A stretch of DNA of 32,000 nucleotides from Fastidiosibacter lacustris (GTDB lineage: Bacteria > Pseudomonadota > Gammaproteobacteria > Francisellales > Francisellaceae). Positions 1 through 10,423 of this stretch are shown here, in pieces (the first letter of the stretch is position 1; the number at the start of each line of letters is the position of its first letter). The notes below the pieces were generated by a model. That model saw only the letters and a program-made list of their open reading frames with translations, was not told the DNA's origin and searched no databases. The stretch is taken from assembly GCF_003428155.1 (NCBI RefSeq), contig NZ_QLIR01000004.1:90001-122000 (forward strand), read 5' to 3'. The position numbers were made by a program, and so were the translations under genes.

Positions 1-50
1 TAGGTGCTTAATTCAAAATAGGTCCTGAACATATCCACAAAGGAGAACTC

Positions 51-521
51 ATGGATATAAATATTACTCTAATTGGGCAGATGATTACTTTTATCATCTT
101 TGTCAGCTTTACAATGAAATTCGTTTGGCCACCGCTTAAAAAAGCGATGGATGATCGTAGAGCAAAAATTGCTGACGGTTTGGCTTCAGTTGATCGTGCT
201 GAAAAAGAGCTAGAAGTTGCTCGTAGAAAAGCAAATGAGTTGGTTAAAGAAGCGAAAGCACAAGCAACGAAAATTATTGAGCAAGCAAATATGCGTGCGA
301 TAAAAATTGATGAAGAAGCAAAAGAAACAGCAAGGTTTGATGCTGAACGTATTCGCAAAGCAGCACATGATGAAGCAGAGGCTCATATGCGTGCAATGAA
401 GCAAAAGCTCCGTAAAGAAGTTGTTGGCATCGCTGTTGCAGGTGCTGAAAAACTCATTGGTAAGAACATTGATATGGTCGCCAATAATCACTTATTGGAA
501 GAGATGGCGGCAGAGCTTTAA
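51..521 (+). CDS. atpF: F0F1 ATP synthase subunit b
   Basis: 156-aa ORF with an N-terminal TM helix followed by a charged coiled coil. [23 protein letters not shown]...IADGLAS follows the E. coli b-subunit N-terminal pattern. AGGAGA RBS lies just upstream. It is the first gene of an atpF-H-A-G-D-C order. Confidence 0.93.
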   Translation: MDINITLIGQMITFIIFVSFTMKFVWPPLKKAMDDRRAKIADGLASVDRAEKELEVARRKANELVKEAKAQATKIIEQANMRAIKIDEEAKETARFDAERIRKAAHDEAEAHMRAMKQKLRKEVVGIAVAGAEKLIGKNIDMVANNHLLEEMAAEL

Positions 522-539
522 ACAATTAAGAGGTGACAA

Positions 540-1076
540 ATGGCAGACTTAATCCCTATTGCAAGACCTTACGCGCAAGCTGCATATGAATATGCTAAGG
601 CGCATAATTCACTTGCAAAGTGGAACAGCATGCTCTTGAACTTGTCTGAGTGCATAGTGAATGATGAGATTGTATTGCTACTGGATAATCCTGCCTACTC
701 TCAAAAAGAAGTTTCAACGCTGATATTGGATGTTCTTGCAAGTGGGTTAGACGAGCATGGTAAAAATTTTGTTATGATCGCTGCTGAACATAATCGTTTG
801 GCGATTATTCCAACCATCTATAATTTGTTTTTGTTATATAAAGCAGAAGATGAAAAGGCAAAGAAAGCAAAGTTTACGACTGCGTTTCCAGTCTTAGAAG
901 TGGAAATAGAGAAACTAAAAAAGAGGCTTGAGCAAAAATATCAGTGTGCAATTGAGGTAGAAATGGCAGTTGACTCAAGCTTGATTGGTGGCGCCATAAT
1001 TGTAATTGGCGATCAAGTGATCGATGGTTCGATTAAAGGCAAACTGCAAAAGCTGAAGTATGAACTACAAGCTTAA
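540..1076 (+). CDS. atpH: F0F1 ATP synthase subunit delta
   Basis: 178-aa ORF. The N-terminus IARPYAQAAYEYA matches the OSCP/delta signature, and the gene sits between atpF and atpA. Confidence 0.9.
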   Translation: MADLIPIARPYAQAAYEYAKAHNSLAKWNSMLLNLSECIVNDEIVLLLDNPAYSQKEVSTLILDVLASGLDEHGKNFVMIAAEHNRLAIIPTIYNLFLLYKAEDEKAKKAKFTTAFPVLEVEIEKLKKRLEQKYQCAIEVEMAVDSSLIGGAIIVIGDQVIDGSIKGKLQKLKYELQA

Positions 1077-1101
1077 TAAAAGATTAATAGGAAGATAGTG
1101 T

Positions 1102-2643
1102 ATGCAACTTACTCCAGCAGAAATTAGTGAATTAATAAAAGAACGAATTGCGAAATTTAACAATGCTCCACAGACAAAAACAGAAGGAACAATTGTCTCT
1201 GTTTCAGATGGCATTATTCGCATTCATGGTTTAAATGAAGTTGCCGCAGGCGAAATGATAGAGTTACCAGGAAGTGTTTATGGTTTGGCGCTTAACCTGG
1301 AGCAAGACTCAGTTGGTGCTGTTGTGCTTGGTGACTATGAACATATTCAAGAAGGGCAAAAAGCGTATTGTACAGGTCGTATTTTAGAGGTCCCAGTCGG
1401 TGAAGCACTCTTAGGACGTGTAGTGGACGCGCTTGGCAACCCAATTGATGGTAAAGGTGATATCAAAACAACAGCCACTTCACCTGTTGAAAAAGTTGCT
1501 CCTGGTGTGATTTGGCGTCAATCAGTTGATCAACCAGTGCAAACAGGTATTAAAGCGATTGATGCAATGGTACCAATTGGGCGTGGTCAGCGTGAACTTA
1601 TTATTGGAGATAGACAAACAGGTAAAACAGCTGTTGCAATTGATACTATCATTAATCAAAAAAGTACAGGCGTTAAATGCGTTTATGTAGCGATTGGTCA
1701 AAAAGCCTCTTCTGTTGCAGATGTTGTGCGTAAACTAGAAGAGCATGAGGCACTAGCACATACGATTGTTGTTGCTGCTAATGCTGCAGATTCAGCAGCA
1801 CTTCAATATTTAGCACCATATGCAGGATGCGCAATGGGAGAGTATTTCCGTGATCGTGGTGAAGATGCGCTTATTATTTATGATGATTTAACCAAACAAG
1901 CTTGGGCATATCGTCAAATTTCATTGTTATTGCGTCGTCCACCTGGACGCGAAGCTTATCCAGGGGATGTATTCTATCTACATTCACGTCTATTGGAGCG
2001 TGCAGCGCGCGTTAATGCTGAATACGTTAGAAAAGCAACAAATGATGAGGTACACGGTAAAACGGGTTCATTGACGGCATTGCCAATTATTGAAACTCAA
2101 GCAGGTGATATTTCTGCATTTGTCCCTACTAACGTCATCTCAATTACTGATGGTCAGATCTTTTTGGAAACCGACTTATTCAATGCGGGTATGCGTCCTG
2201 CAATTAATGCTGGAAATTCAGTGTCTCGTGTTGGAGGTTCAGCGCAAACAAAAATTATTAAGAAATTAGGTGGTGGTGTACGTTTGGCATTGGCTCAATA
2301 CCGTGAACTTGAGGCCTTTTCGCAATTTGCATCTGATCTGGATGATGCCACGCGTGCACAGTTAAAACGTGGTCAGCGAGTAATGGAGTTGATGAAGCAA
2401 AAGCAGTTTTCCCCGCTTAGCATTGCTAAAATGGCATTGTCCTTATATGCAGCTGAAAAAGGTCATTTGGATGAGCTTGAATTGAATAAAGTGGGTTCAT
2501 TTGAAGCAGTTTTACATGCGTTTGCTGAAAGCCAGTATAAGCCTTTAATGGATGAAATTAATACCCATTGTAATTACAATGATGAGATTGCTGCTCAACT
2601 TGAAAAAGTGATCACAGAGTGTAAGCAAACGCAGTCTTGGTAA
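1102..2643 (+). CDS. atpA: F0F1 ATP synthase subunit alpha
   Basis: 513 aa with Walker A GDRQTGKT. Alpha-subunit blocks such as [27 protein letters not shown] are highly conserved. Confidence 0.97.
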   Translation: MQLTPAEISELIKERIAKFNNAPQTKTEGTIVSVSDGIIRIHGLNEVAAGEMIELPGSVYGLALNLEQDSVGAVVLGDYEHIQEGQKAYCTGRILEVPVGEALLGRVVDALGNPIDGKGDIKTTATSPVEKVAPGVIWRQSVDQPVQTGIKAIDAMVPIGRGQRELIIGDRQTGKTAVAIDTIINQKSTGVKCVYVAIGQKASSVADVVRKLEEHEALAHTIVVAANAADSAALQYLAPYAGCAMGEYFRDRGEDALIIYDDLTKQAWAYRQISLLLRRPPGREAYPGDVFYLHSRLLERAARVNAEYVRKATNDEVHGKTGSLTALPIIETQAGDISAFVPTNVISITDGQIFLETDLFNAGMRPAINAGNSVSRVGGSAQTKIIKKLGGGVRLALAQYRELEAFSQFASDLDDATRAQLKRGQRVMELMKQKQFSPLSIAKMALSLYAAEKGHLDELELNKVGSFEAVLHAFAESQYKPLMDEINTHCNYNDEIAAQLEKVITECKQTQSW

Positions 2644-2655
2644 TAGGAGAGTGTC

Positions 2656-4952
<2,297 letters not shown>

Positions 4953-4963
4953 AGGTGGATGCT

Positions 4964-5416
4964 ATGAATAATAAACTCATCCATGTTAATGTGGTTAGTC
5001 AAGAAGGCTCTGTTTATAAAGCCGAGGCTAAAATGGTTAGCTTACGTGGTTCAGAGGGTGAAATGGGTATTGCTTATGGACATACTCAGCTTTTGTCGAC
5101 TCTACCACCAGGTGTCGTCCGCATTGAACGTGAAAATGATGAAAGAGACACACTTTACATTTCTGGTGGTGTGCTTGAAGTTCAGCCTCACCAGGTCATC
5201 ATTCTTGCTGATGTGATGGAGCGTGCTAAAGATTTAAATGAAGCAGCTGCTGAGAAAGCACGTCAACAAGCACAAGAAGTATTAAATAAAGCCAAAGATA
5301 TGGATAAGCTTGAAGTGGAGGAGGCACGTCAAATGCTAGCTGAAGCGGAAGCACGTTTAAAAGCACTTAAAATCTTGAAAGGTGTTAATGCTTACTACAA
5401 CGACTCTGATCGTTAA
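4964..5416 (+). CDS. atpC: F0F1 ATP synthase subunit epsilon
   Basis: Last gene of the atp operon, with an epsilon-like N-terminal beta-sandwich (VNVVSQEGSVYKAEAKMV...GEMGI..GH) and a helical C-terminus. ATG 4964 is preferred over GTG 4955 because AGGTGG lies 5 nt upstream. Confidence 0.88.
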   Translation: MNNKLIHVNVVSQEGSVYKAEAKMVSLRGSEGEMGIAYGHTQLLSTLPPGVVRIERENDERDTLYISGGVLEVQPHQVIILADVMERAKDLNEAAAEKARQQAQEVLNKAKDMDKLEVEEARQMLAEAEARLKALKILKGVNAYYNDSDR

Positions 5417-5452
5417 TGTTGTGAGAGTATTTATAAGGTAGTAGGTATTAAA

Positions 5453-5472
5453 ACGCTTTATCTAAAAAGCGT
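5453..5472 (+). terminator. Weak hairpin after atpC (ACGCTTT-N6-AAAGCGT)
   Basis: Perfect 7-bp inverted repeat read directly from the sequence, with no clear U-tract after it. Confidence 0.3.
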
Positions 5473-5510
5473 CGATGTGTTAAGAGAGTCTGCAAAATCT
5501 TGAAACGAAT

Positions 5511-5533
5511 GCTAATAAACCGAGCTTATTAGC
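5511..5533. terminator. Hairpin GCTAATAA-N7-TTATTAGC between convergent atpC and the kinase-like gene
   Basis: Perfect 8-bp inverted repeat that overlaps the stop codon of the minus-strand gene. It is AT-rich and has no U-tract, so function is uncertain. Confidence 0.35.
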
Positions 5534-6350
5534 ATGATGCCTGCTGTAATATCAAGATGTCGAGCAAGGTGTTTGGTTGCGGTCTATCTGCAAACTGCGT
5601 ATGCAAAGTGCCGACACTTGTGTAATTATCACTGTTGAGTTTACCAATCTGAAAGGTCAGACAATGTGCTTTTGCCCATAGGATTGCTTGCGTTTGAATG
5701 ACTTGAGTAGCTTTATCTTTTGCACAATCATAAGTAAGACTTTCAAAACGTATTGCCTTAGGATGTTTATTAGGATCAAGATCATATACTCCATCGACAT
5801 CTTTTAATAAAATACAACATTTAGCTTTAAGCTTATGAGCAATAAAAAGTGCGCTTAAATCAGAGCCGCCGCGACCCAGTAAACATGGTTCGTTTTTATC
5901 GTTATTTGCAATAAAACCAGGAACGACAATGACTTGTTGTAAAGCCAAAAGTGTGTTGAATGCTTTGGAATTTATGAACTTTGGTGTGGCATCGTTGTAG
6001 TCACCTTCAGCGATAATAGGGTTAGTAATGAAATCTGCTGGAATTGTTTGTTGTTGAAGTTTCTGAGTCAGATAAGCAACAGATTGCAATTCTCCAGTTG
6101 AGAGCAAAAGAGCATGTGCTTTGGTACTTACTTGAGTTTTTGTGCATACAAAAGTTTGCTCGGATCTAATCAGGTTGTCAGTGGTATTGCCGATAGCAGA
6201 AACAACGGCAATAACTTTATATTTTCTATCGAGAAAACGTTTAATTTCTGTTACTGCATTACAAAAACAGTCAAGTGATTTTAAAATAGAGCTGCCAAAC
6301 TTTAAAACGACGATTTCAGGTGGGAAACTGCTACAGCGATATTGAGTCAT
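5529..6350 (-). CDS. Amino-acid kinase family protein: aspartokinase-like catalytic domain without ACT domains
   Basis: Motifs VVLKFGSS, AVVSAIGNTTDNL, GELQSVAYL, LGRGGSDLSALFIA and KDVDGVYDLDP follow the aspartate kinase catalytic-domain pattern. The protein ends about 270 aa in, with no ACT region. Start placed at ATG 6350 (MTQYRC); the track ORF start at 6380 runs into the tail of an upstream gene remnant. Confidence 0.7.
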   Translation of the reverse strand: MTQYRCSSFPPEIVVLKFGSSILKSLDCFCNAVTEIKRFLDRKYKVIAVVSAIGNTTDNLIRSEQTFVCTKTQVSTKAHALLLSTGELQSVAYLTQKLQQQTIPADFITNPIIAEGDYNDATPKFINSKAFNTLLALQQVIVVPGFIANNDKNEPCLLGRGGSDLSALFIAHKLKAKCCILLKDVDGVYDLDPNKHPKAIRFESLTYDCAKDKATQVIQTQAILWAKAHCLTFQIGKLNSDNYTSVGTLHTQFADRPQPNTLLDILILQQASC

Positions 6351-6354
6351 GTCT

Positions 6355-6520
6355 TTAAACCTTTTGTTTGTATGTTGCAACTGCCAAAACTTGATCTAAA
6401 TTCTGAATGATATTAAAAGGATCTTCAAGCCCAACAGACAAATGAGCAAGTCAGTAATCAATATCAAGTTTTTTGTGTCCTTTCTCGAAATGGGTTCATG
6501 TATCATTGTGGCAGCTAAAG
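6355..6520 (-). pseudogene. Decayed C-terminal remnant of a Cys/Met-metabolism PLP-dependent enzyme (MetB/MetC/MetZ-like)
   Basis: The minus strand reads TLAATMIHEPISRKDTKNLILITDLL, then after a frameshift and stop LAHLSVGLEDPFNIIQNLDQVLAVATYKQKV*. This matches the family C-terminal pattern HPAxMTH...GIxDxLIRLSVGLEDxxDLIxDLxQAL. Fewer than 60 codons remain, and the stop lies 4 nt upstream of the kinase ATG (7 nt from the first base of the stop codon). Confidence 0.55.
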
Positions 6521-6623
6521 TTCAAAACTAGAAAGTCTTGAAAATGGTTCAAGTTGGGTATATTAAAATATAGGCATATGATAACATGCCGTGGATGAAT
6601 TTAATTAAACCTAAAGGTGAAAT

Positions 6624-7139
6624 ATGGCTAAAGGTACAATCAATAAAGTAATATTATTAGGGCGTTTAGGAGCGGACCCAGAAATTCGTTATATGCCAAG
6701 TGGGATGTCGGTTGCAAATTTACGCTTAGCAACAAATGATGGCTATAAGGATCGCCAAACAGGTCAGTTTATTGAAAACACTGAATGGCATCGTGTTGTT
6801 GTATTTGGTAAGCAAGCAGAAGTAATTTCGCAGTATACACAAAAAGGCTCAATCATTTATATTGAAGGTCGAATTCGCACTAACAAGTGGCAAGATCAAA
6901 ATGGTCAAGATCGTTATACAACTGAAATTGTTGCAACTGAAATACAATTAATTGGTGGTCGTGGAGATGGTCAAATTCAAGATTCAGCACCTGCTCAACC
7001 ACAGCAGTCTCAAGCACAATTTGCTCAGCCATCAGCGCAACCAGCAGCACCTGCATATAACCAACAGGCAGCTCAGAATCAAACGCCACCAGATATCAAT
7101 CAATTAAATGATTTTGATGATGACGAGATCCCATTTTAA
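6624..7139 (+). CDS. ssb: Single-stranded DNA-binding protein
   Basis: OB-fold N-terminus (NKVILLGRLGADPEIRYMPSG...TEWHRVVVFGK), a Q/P-rich linker and an acidic tail DFDDDEIPF. Confidence 0.96.
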   Translation: MAKGTINKVILLGRLGADPEIRYMPSGMSVANLRLATNDGYKDRQTGQFIENTEWHRVVVFGKQAEVISQYTQKGSIIYIEGRIRTNKWQDQNGQDRYTTEIVATEIQLIGGRGDGQIQDSAPAQPQQSQAQFAQPSAQPAAPAYNQQAAQNQTPPDINQLNDFDDDEIPF

Positions 7140-7141
7140 TT

Positions 7142-7744
7142 ATGCTAAATGAATTTATCACGCTAACAGCAACAGATTCCATTTATTGGGATATTAAATA
7201 TAGTCATAATGGGAATATTGTTGGACGCAAAATTAGCGGTTATTATGCAAATAAGTGTATGATGACGAAAAGTTGCTTTAGTGCACTGCAAAAAGTCACG
7301 GCTTCAGCTAAACGCTTAGGATATAGTTTATTAATTTGGGATGCCTATCGCCCTAAAAAAGCGGTAATCGATTTTTGGCACTGGTCTCAGAATTTAAGTG
7401 ATAATGGTACTAAAGCACAATATTATCCTAATTTGTCTAAGGGTGAGTTATTTGCCAAAGGCTATTTCAATAAAACCTCAAACCATTGTAGTGGTAGCAC
7501 AGTCGATTTAACATTAATAAACAAAAGTGGTAAAGAGCTTGATATGGGAACGTGCTTTGATTTTATGGATCCATTGTCACATCCACATAACTTGTGTGTT
7601 TCTAAAGTTGTGCAAGGTAATCGTAAACTTTTGCAAGGCATGATGATAGATGCAGGTTTTGAGCCAATAGACACTGAATGGTGGCATTTTCGCTTATCTG
7701 ATGAGCCTTTTGAAAATCAAATGTTTGATTTTGATATTATTTAA
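7142..7744 (+). CDS. ddpX: D-alanyl-D-alanine dipeptidase, VanX/DdpX (M15D) family
   Basis: WDAYRP, the zinc motif SNHCSGSTVD (SxHxxGxAxD) and EWWHF (ExxH) follow the VanX pattern. The ATG lies 2 nt after the ssb stop. Confidence 0.85.
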   Translation: MLNEFITLTATDSIYWDIKYSHNGNIVGRKISGYYANKCMMTKSCFSALQKVTASAKRLGYSLLIWDAYRPKKAVIDFWHWSQNLSDNGTKAQYYPNLSKGELFAKGYFNKTSNHCSGSTVDLTLINKSGKELDMGTCFDFMDPLSHPHNLCVSKVVQGNRKLLQGMMIDAGFEPIDTEWWHFRLSDEPFENQMFDFDII

Positions 7745-7794
7745 ATTAGTATTGATCCATTAATTTGCTGATCAAAATAAGGATGTGAATCAGG

Positions 7795-8520
7795 ATGGGT
7801 AACAATGTTGAAATTAAAAAAAGCAAAGATTATCTGGAAGCGGTGTTGATGGACCAAGACAATTCAGCACTAGCTGAATTTTTGTTGCCAAATTGTTTGG
7901 CGTTAACCGACTATGGCATTGCCTTTGGTCAAGAAGAAATTGCAATGGATTTGAATTTTTTCTTCCAATCAATAGATGTTAAATCGATTAAATTCTCCGA
8001 ACAGATGCATTGTGCTGATACTACTATCATTACATTTTCGGAGCGCTGTCAACACATTGGTGAATTTTGCGGAGTGGAAGCCACAGGTAAAGATTTTATT
8101 TTTAATGCAACGATTGCACTTCGTTGGCAAGAAGGCAAGATTCGAGAATATTCATTAACTCCAGATGTGAATGGTATGCTCAATCAATTAACGGACAATA
8201 ATACAGCCACTAAAATTATGTTAGCTTTATCTGAATCAAATAATCGCTGTTACACCTTGTTGACCAAGTTGTATGCCTTAGTGCATGAAAAAGGACTGTG
8301 CTTAACCAAACAGCAACTCAAGTGCTTAGCATTACATTTTGAGGGCTATAGTGCTGTGGTCAGTGCACGTATTTTAAATTGTTCGATTGAGACGGTTAGA
8401 ACGCACATGAAAAATATTCGTGAGTTGTATCGAAACGGCTTTTTAGGTAATATTGAAAATTGGTTTAAACAGCAAGGTTTGTACAGCTATATGCGCCGCT
8501 ACGCTAAGCTTATGCGTTAA
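7795..8520 (+). CDS. Transcriptional regulator: SnoaL/ester-cyclase-like (NTF2-fold) N-domain fused to a LuxR/GerE-type HTH
   Basis: The N-domain GEFCGVEATGKDFIFNATIALRWQEGKIREYSLTPDVNGMLNQL matches the ester-cyclase pattern GEFxGIxATGKxv...GKIxExW...D..g..QL. The C-terminus LTKQQLKCLALHFEGYSAVVSARILNCSIETVRTHMKNIRELY is a LuxR-type HTH. Confidence 0.75.
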   Translation: MGNNVEIKKSKDYLEAVLMDQDNSALAEFLLPNCLALTDYGIAFGQEEIAMDLNFFFQSIDVKSIKFSEQMHCADTTIITFSERCQHIGEFCGVEATGKDFIFNATIALRWQEGKIREYSLTPDVNGMLNQLTDNNTATKIMLALSESNNRCYTLLTKLYALVHEKGLCLTKQQLKCLALHFEGYSAVVSARILNCSIETVRTHMKNIRELYRNGFLGNIENWFKQQGLYSYMRRYAKLMR

Positions 8521-8708
8521 TTGTAAGAAGTTTCTTACTCTGAATGAAGTATGCCGCCAAACTAGGTAAAAACTTGCATCTTCGACACTTTAGTCCTGAG
8601 TGTAAACTCCTTTTAGGAAAAGCAGGTAATATGGTTGAAGCTAATGTTTTAGAGGATCCAGATTATCATGTCGCTTCTAATAAATTGGGATAAAATATTT
8701 TGTAAATA

Positions 8709-8729
8709 ACTTTAACATTACTTTAACAT
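8709..8729 (+). promoter_or_regulatory. Tandem direct repeat ACTTTAACAT-T-ACTTTAACAT upstream of the transporter gene (candidate operator)
   Basis: Two identical 10-mers spaced 11 bp start to start, about 80 bp upstream of ATG 8810 and downstream of the LuxR-type gene. Function is inferred only. Confidence 0.25.
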
Positions 8730-8809
8730 AAACATTATTTTTTTTAGGGACTCTGCTTTATATTCCTTATAAGATAAATCTCGGGTTAACAAAAATAAGG
8801 AACTTTTAT

Positions 8810-10204
8810 ATGCTGATCAAAAATAAACCGGTCACACTCACTTTCTTCATAACTCTCTTTCAAACTATGAGTACAGGAGTGATGTTTAGCTTAACTGTTT
8901 TGTATTTAACTTTATCACTTAATGTCAGTGAGGCAGAGGCATATATGCTTAACACTGCTTTATTCTCGCTATTTTACTGCTTACCGCTTATCTCTGGGAT
9001 GGTTGCTGACAAGTTTTTAGATGCCAAACGTACACTTATTATTGGACAACTTTTTAGTATCGTTGGTTTTTTCACTTTAGCGAGCATGGGCACCAATATG
9101 CTTGTTGTGAGTTTAAGCTGTATTGCCATTGGTGGGGCTTTTTACTTACCTAGCATCTGGAAGCTTTTGCATAGCTGCTTTCCTGAACACAATAGTAAGC
9201 GATCATATTATTTTACCGTTGCCTACATCAGCCTTGCAACAGGAGGGATGATTTCAACTTTTAGCTCTGGATTTATTGCGGATCATTTTGGTTATCATAC
9301 CGCTTTTTATATTGGTGGAATTTATAATGTCATCGCTTTAGTTTTGTTTATTTTATTTCACCGAATTTACCCACGCTCGTCCTATCAGTTTTCTTTAGCT
9401 AAAATCGGCTATAGCGTTTGTATACTTATCCTTACCTTTGCGGCTGTTCATTACCTTATTCAAAGACCAAACACTGCTGCGATGGTTATTTACATTGCTG
9501 CAATTGCACTATTTTTTTACTTTTTATATCTTGCCAAAACTGCCGATAATGCCAATCAAACAAAGGGGATTCTTAAGTTTGTAATTTTATGTTTAATCTG
9601 TGTGACTTACTGGAGCATTGCCACACTGTCGCAAACTAACATTACCTTATTCTCTCAATATAACCTTAATCGTTATATTTTTGGAATTATTTATCCAGCT
9701 GGTTCTGTTATTACTTTTTGGTATATCAGTATGTTTATCTGTGCCATTGCGGTCAGTACGCTATGGTATCGCAATATCAAGCACAATGCCTTTGATTTGA
9801 AATTTTTTATTGGACTTGTTGTCACTGCTATAGCAGGTATCACCATTCCTATCTCGATTGGCTTATCAGCCTCAGGCGCACAGGTTGCATTTTTCTGGAT
9901 CATTATATTTTTCTTTTTCTTGGGTTTTGGAGAAATTCTTATTCATCCAAATGGCAGTGCTGCCGCTGGAGAATATATCACAGAAAAAAACAGGGGATTT
10001 GCACTTGGTGCTTGGGAGTTTTCAAGTGGTTTAGGTGTTGCTATTTCAGGGAAGCTCTCAATACTTACTATTACTGATGATAAGCAAACAAATCTCTTGC
10101 TGAGTAATCAAGCTTATAGTCGCACTTTCCTGTATATCGCGATTATTTGCTTTGCTTTTGGGGTTGTGACATATCTTGTTAATCGGCTACTCAAAACGCA
10201 CTAA
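8810..10204 (+). CDS. POT/PTR2-like MFS transporter (putative di/tripeptide permease), atypical
   Basis: 464 aa with about 12 or more hydrophobic helices. SGMVADKFLDAKRTLIIG resembles PTR2 motif GGxxADxxxGxxxTI, and FTVAYISLATGGMIS resembles FYxxINxGS. The canonical N-terminal ExxERF motif is not visible. Confidence 0.6.
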   Translation: MLIKNKPVTLTFFITLFQTMSTGVMFSLTVLYLTLSLNVSEAEAYMLNTALFSLFYCLPLISGMVADKFLDAKRTLIIGQLFSIVGFFTLASMGTNMLVVSLSCIAIGGAFYLPSIWKLLHSCFPEHNSKRSYYFTVAYISLATGGMISTFSSGFIADHFGYHTAFYIGGIYNVIALVLFILFHRIYPRSSYQFSLAKIGYSVCILILTFAAVHYLIQRPNTAAMVIYIAAIALFFYFLYLAKTADNANQTKGILKFVILCLICVTYWSIATLSQTNITLFSQYNLNRYIFGIIYPAGSVITFWYISMFICAIAVSTLWYRNIKHNAFDLKFFIGLVVTAIAGITIPISIGLSASGAQVAFFWIIIFFFFLGFGEILIHPNGSAAAGEYITEKNRGFALGAWEFSSGLGVAISGKLSILTITDDKQTNLLLSNQAYSRTFLYIAIICFAFGVVTYLVNRLLKTH

Positions 10205-10240
10205 GCGATACTTTATACGGATTTTTTATCAGCAGGAATC

Positions 10241-10258
10241 CCCTTCCTTTAGGGAGGG
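10241..10258 (+). terminator. GC-rich hairpin CCCTTCC-TTTA-GGGAGGG after the transporter gene
   Basis: 7-bp stem with one G-T wobble and a tetraloop, 37 nt after the stop. No U-tract follows, so it is only a weak terminator candidate. Confidence 0.3.
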
Positions 10259-10293
10259 AGGATGTCAAATCTGAGTATTGCGCGATTTTTACT

Positions 10294-10333
10294 AATATCC
10301 ACCAATATCCCCCGATATCCCCCAATATTTTGG
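10294..10333. repeat. Four phased 10-bp tandem repeats: AATATCCACC AATATCCCCC GATATCCCCC AATATTTTGG
   Basis: Read directly from the sequence with an exact 10-bp period, in an intergenic region. Confidence 0.8.
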
Positions 10334-10423
10334 TATTACATTATATTTATGTTTTGTTATCATAGACCCAATAGCAGATGCTAGTAAATGTTGTTTTTGC
10401 GATGGGGGTCGACAAAGTACAGC

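Noticed and set aside
8-491. Minus-strand ORFs 8..358 and 210..491 opposite atpF
   Set aside because: These are antisense shadows of a conserved atp gene, with S/A/F-rich low-complexity translations.
8544-8693. 49-codon + strand ORF ([49 protein letters not shown]) between the regulator and transporter genes
   Set aside because: The peptide looks non-random, but there is no Shine-Dalgarno sequence and I cannot recognise a family. It could be a gene fragment or a small protein, and the evidence is insufficient to call it. BLASTX or ribosome profiling would settle it.
10294-10333. Possible CRISPR array
   Set aside because: The units are only 10 bp long and directly abutting with no spacers, and no cas genes are present. 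It was reported as a microsatellite or iteron-like repeat instead.
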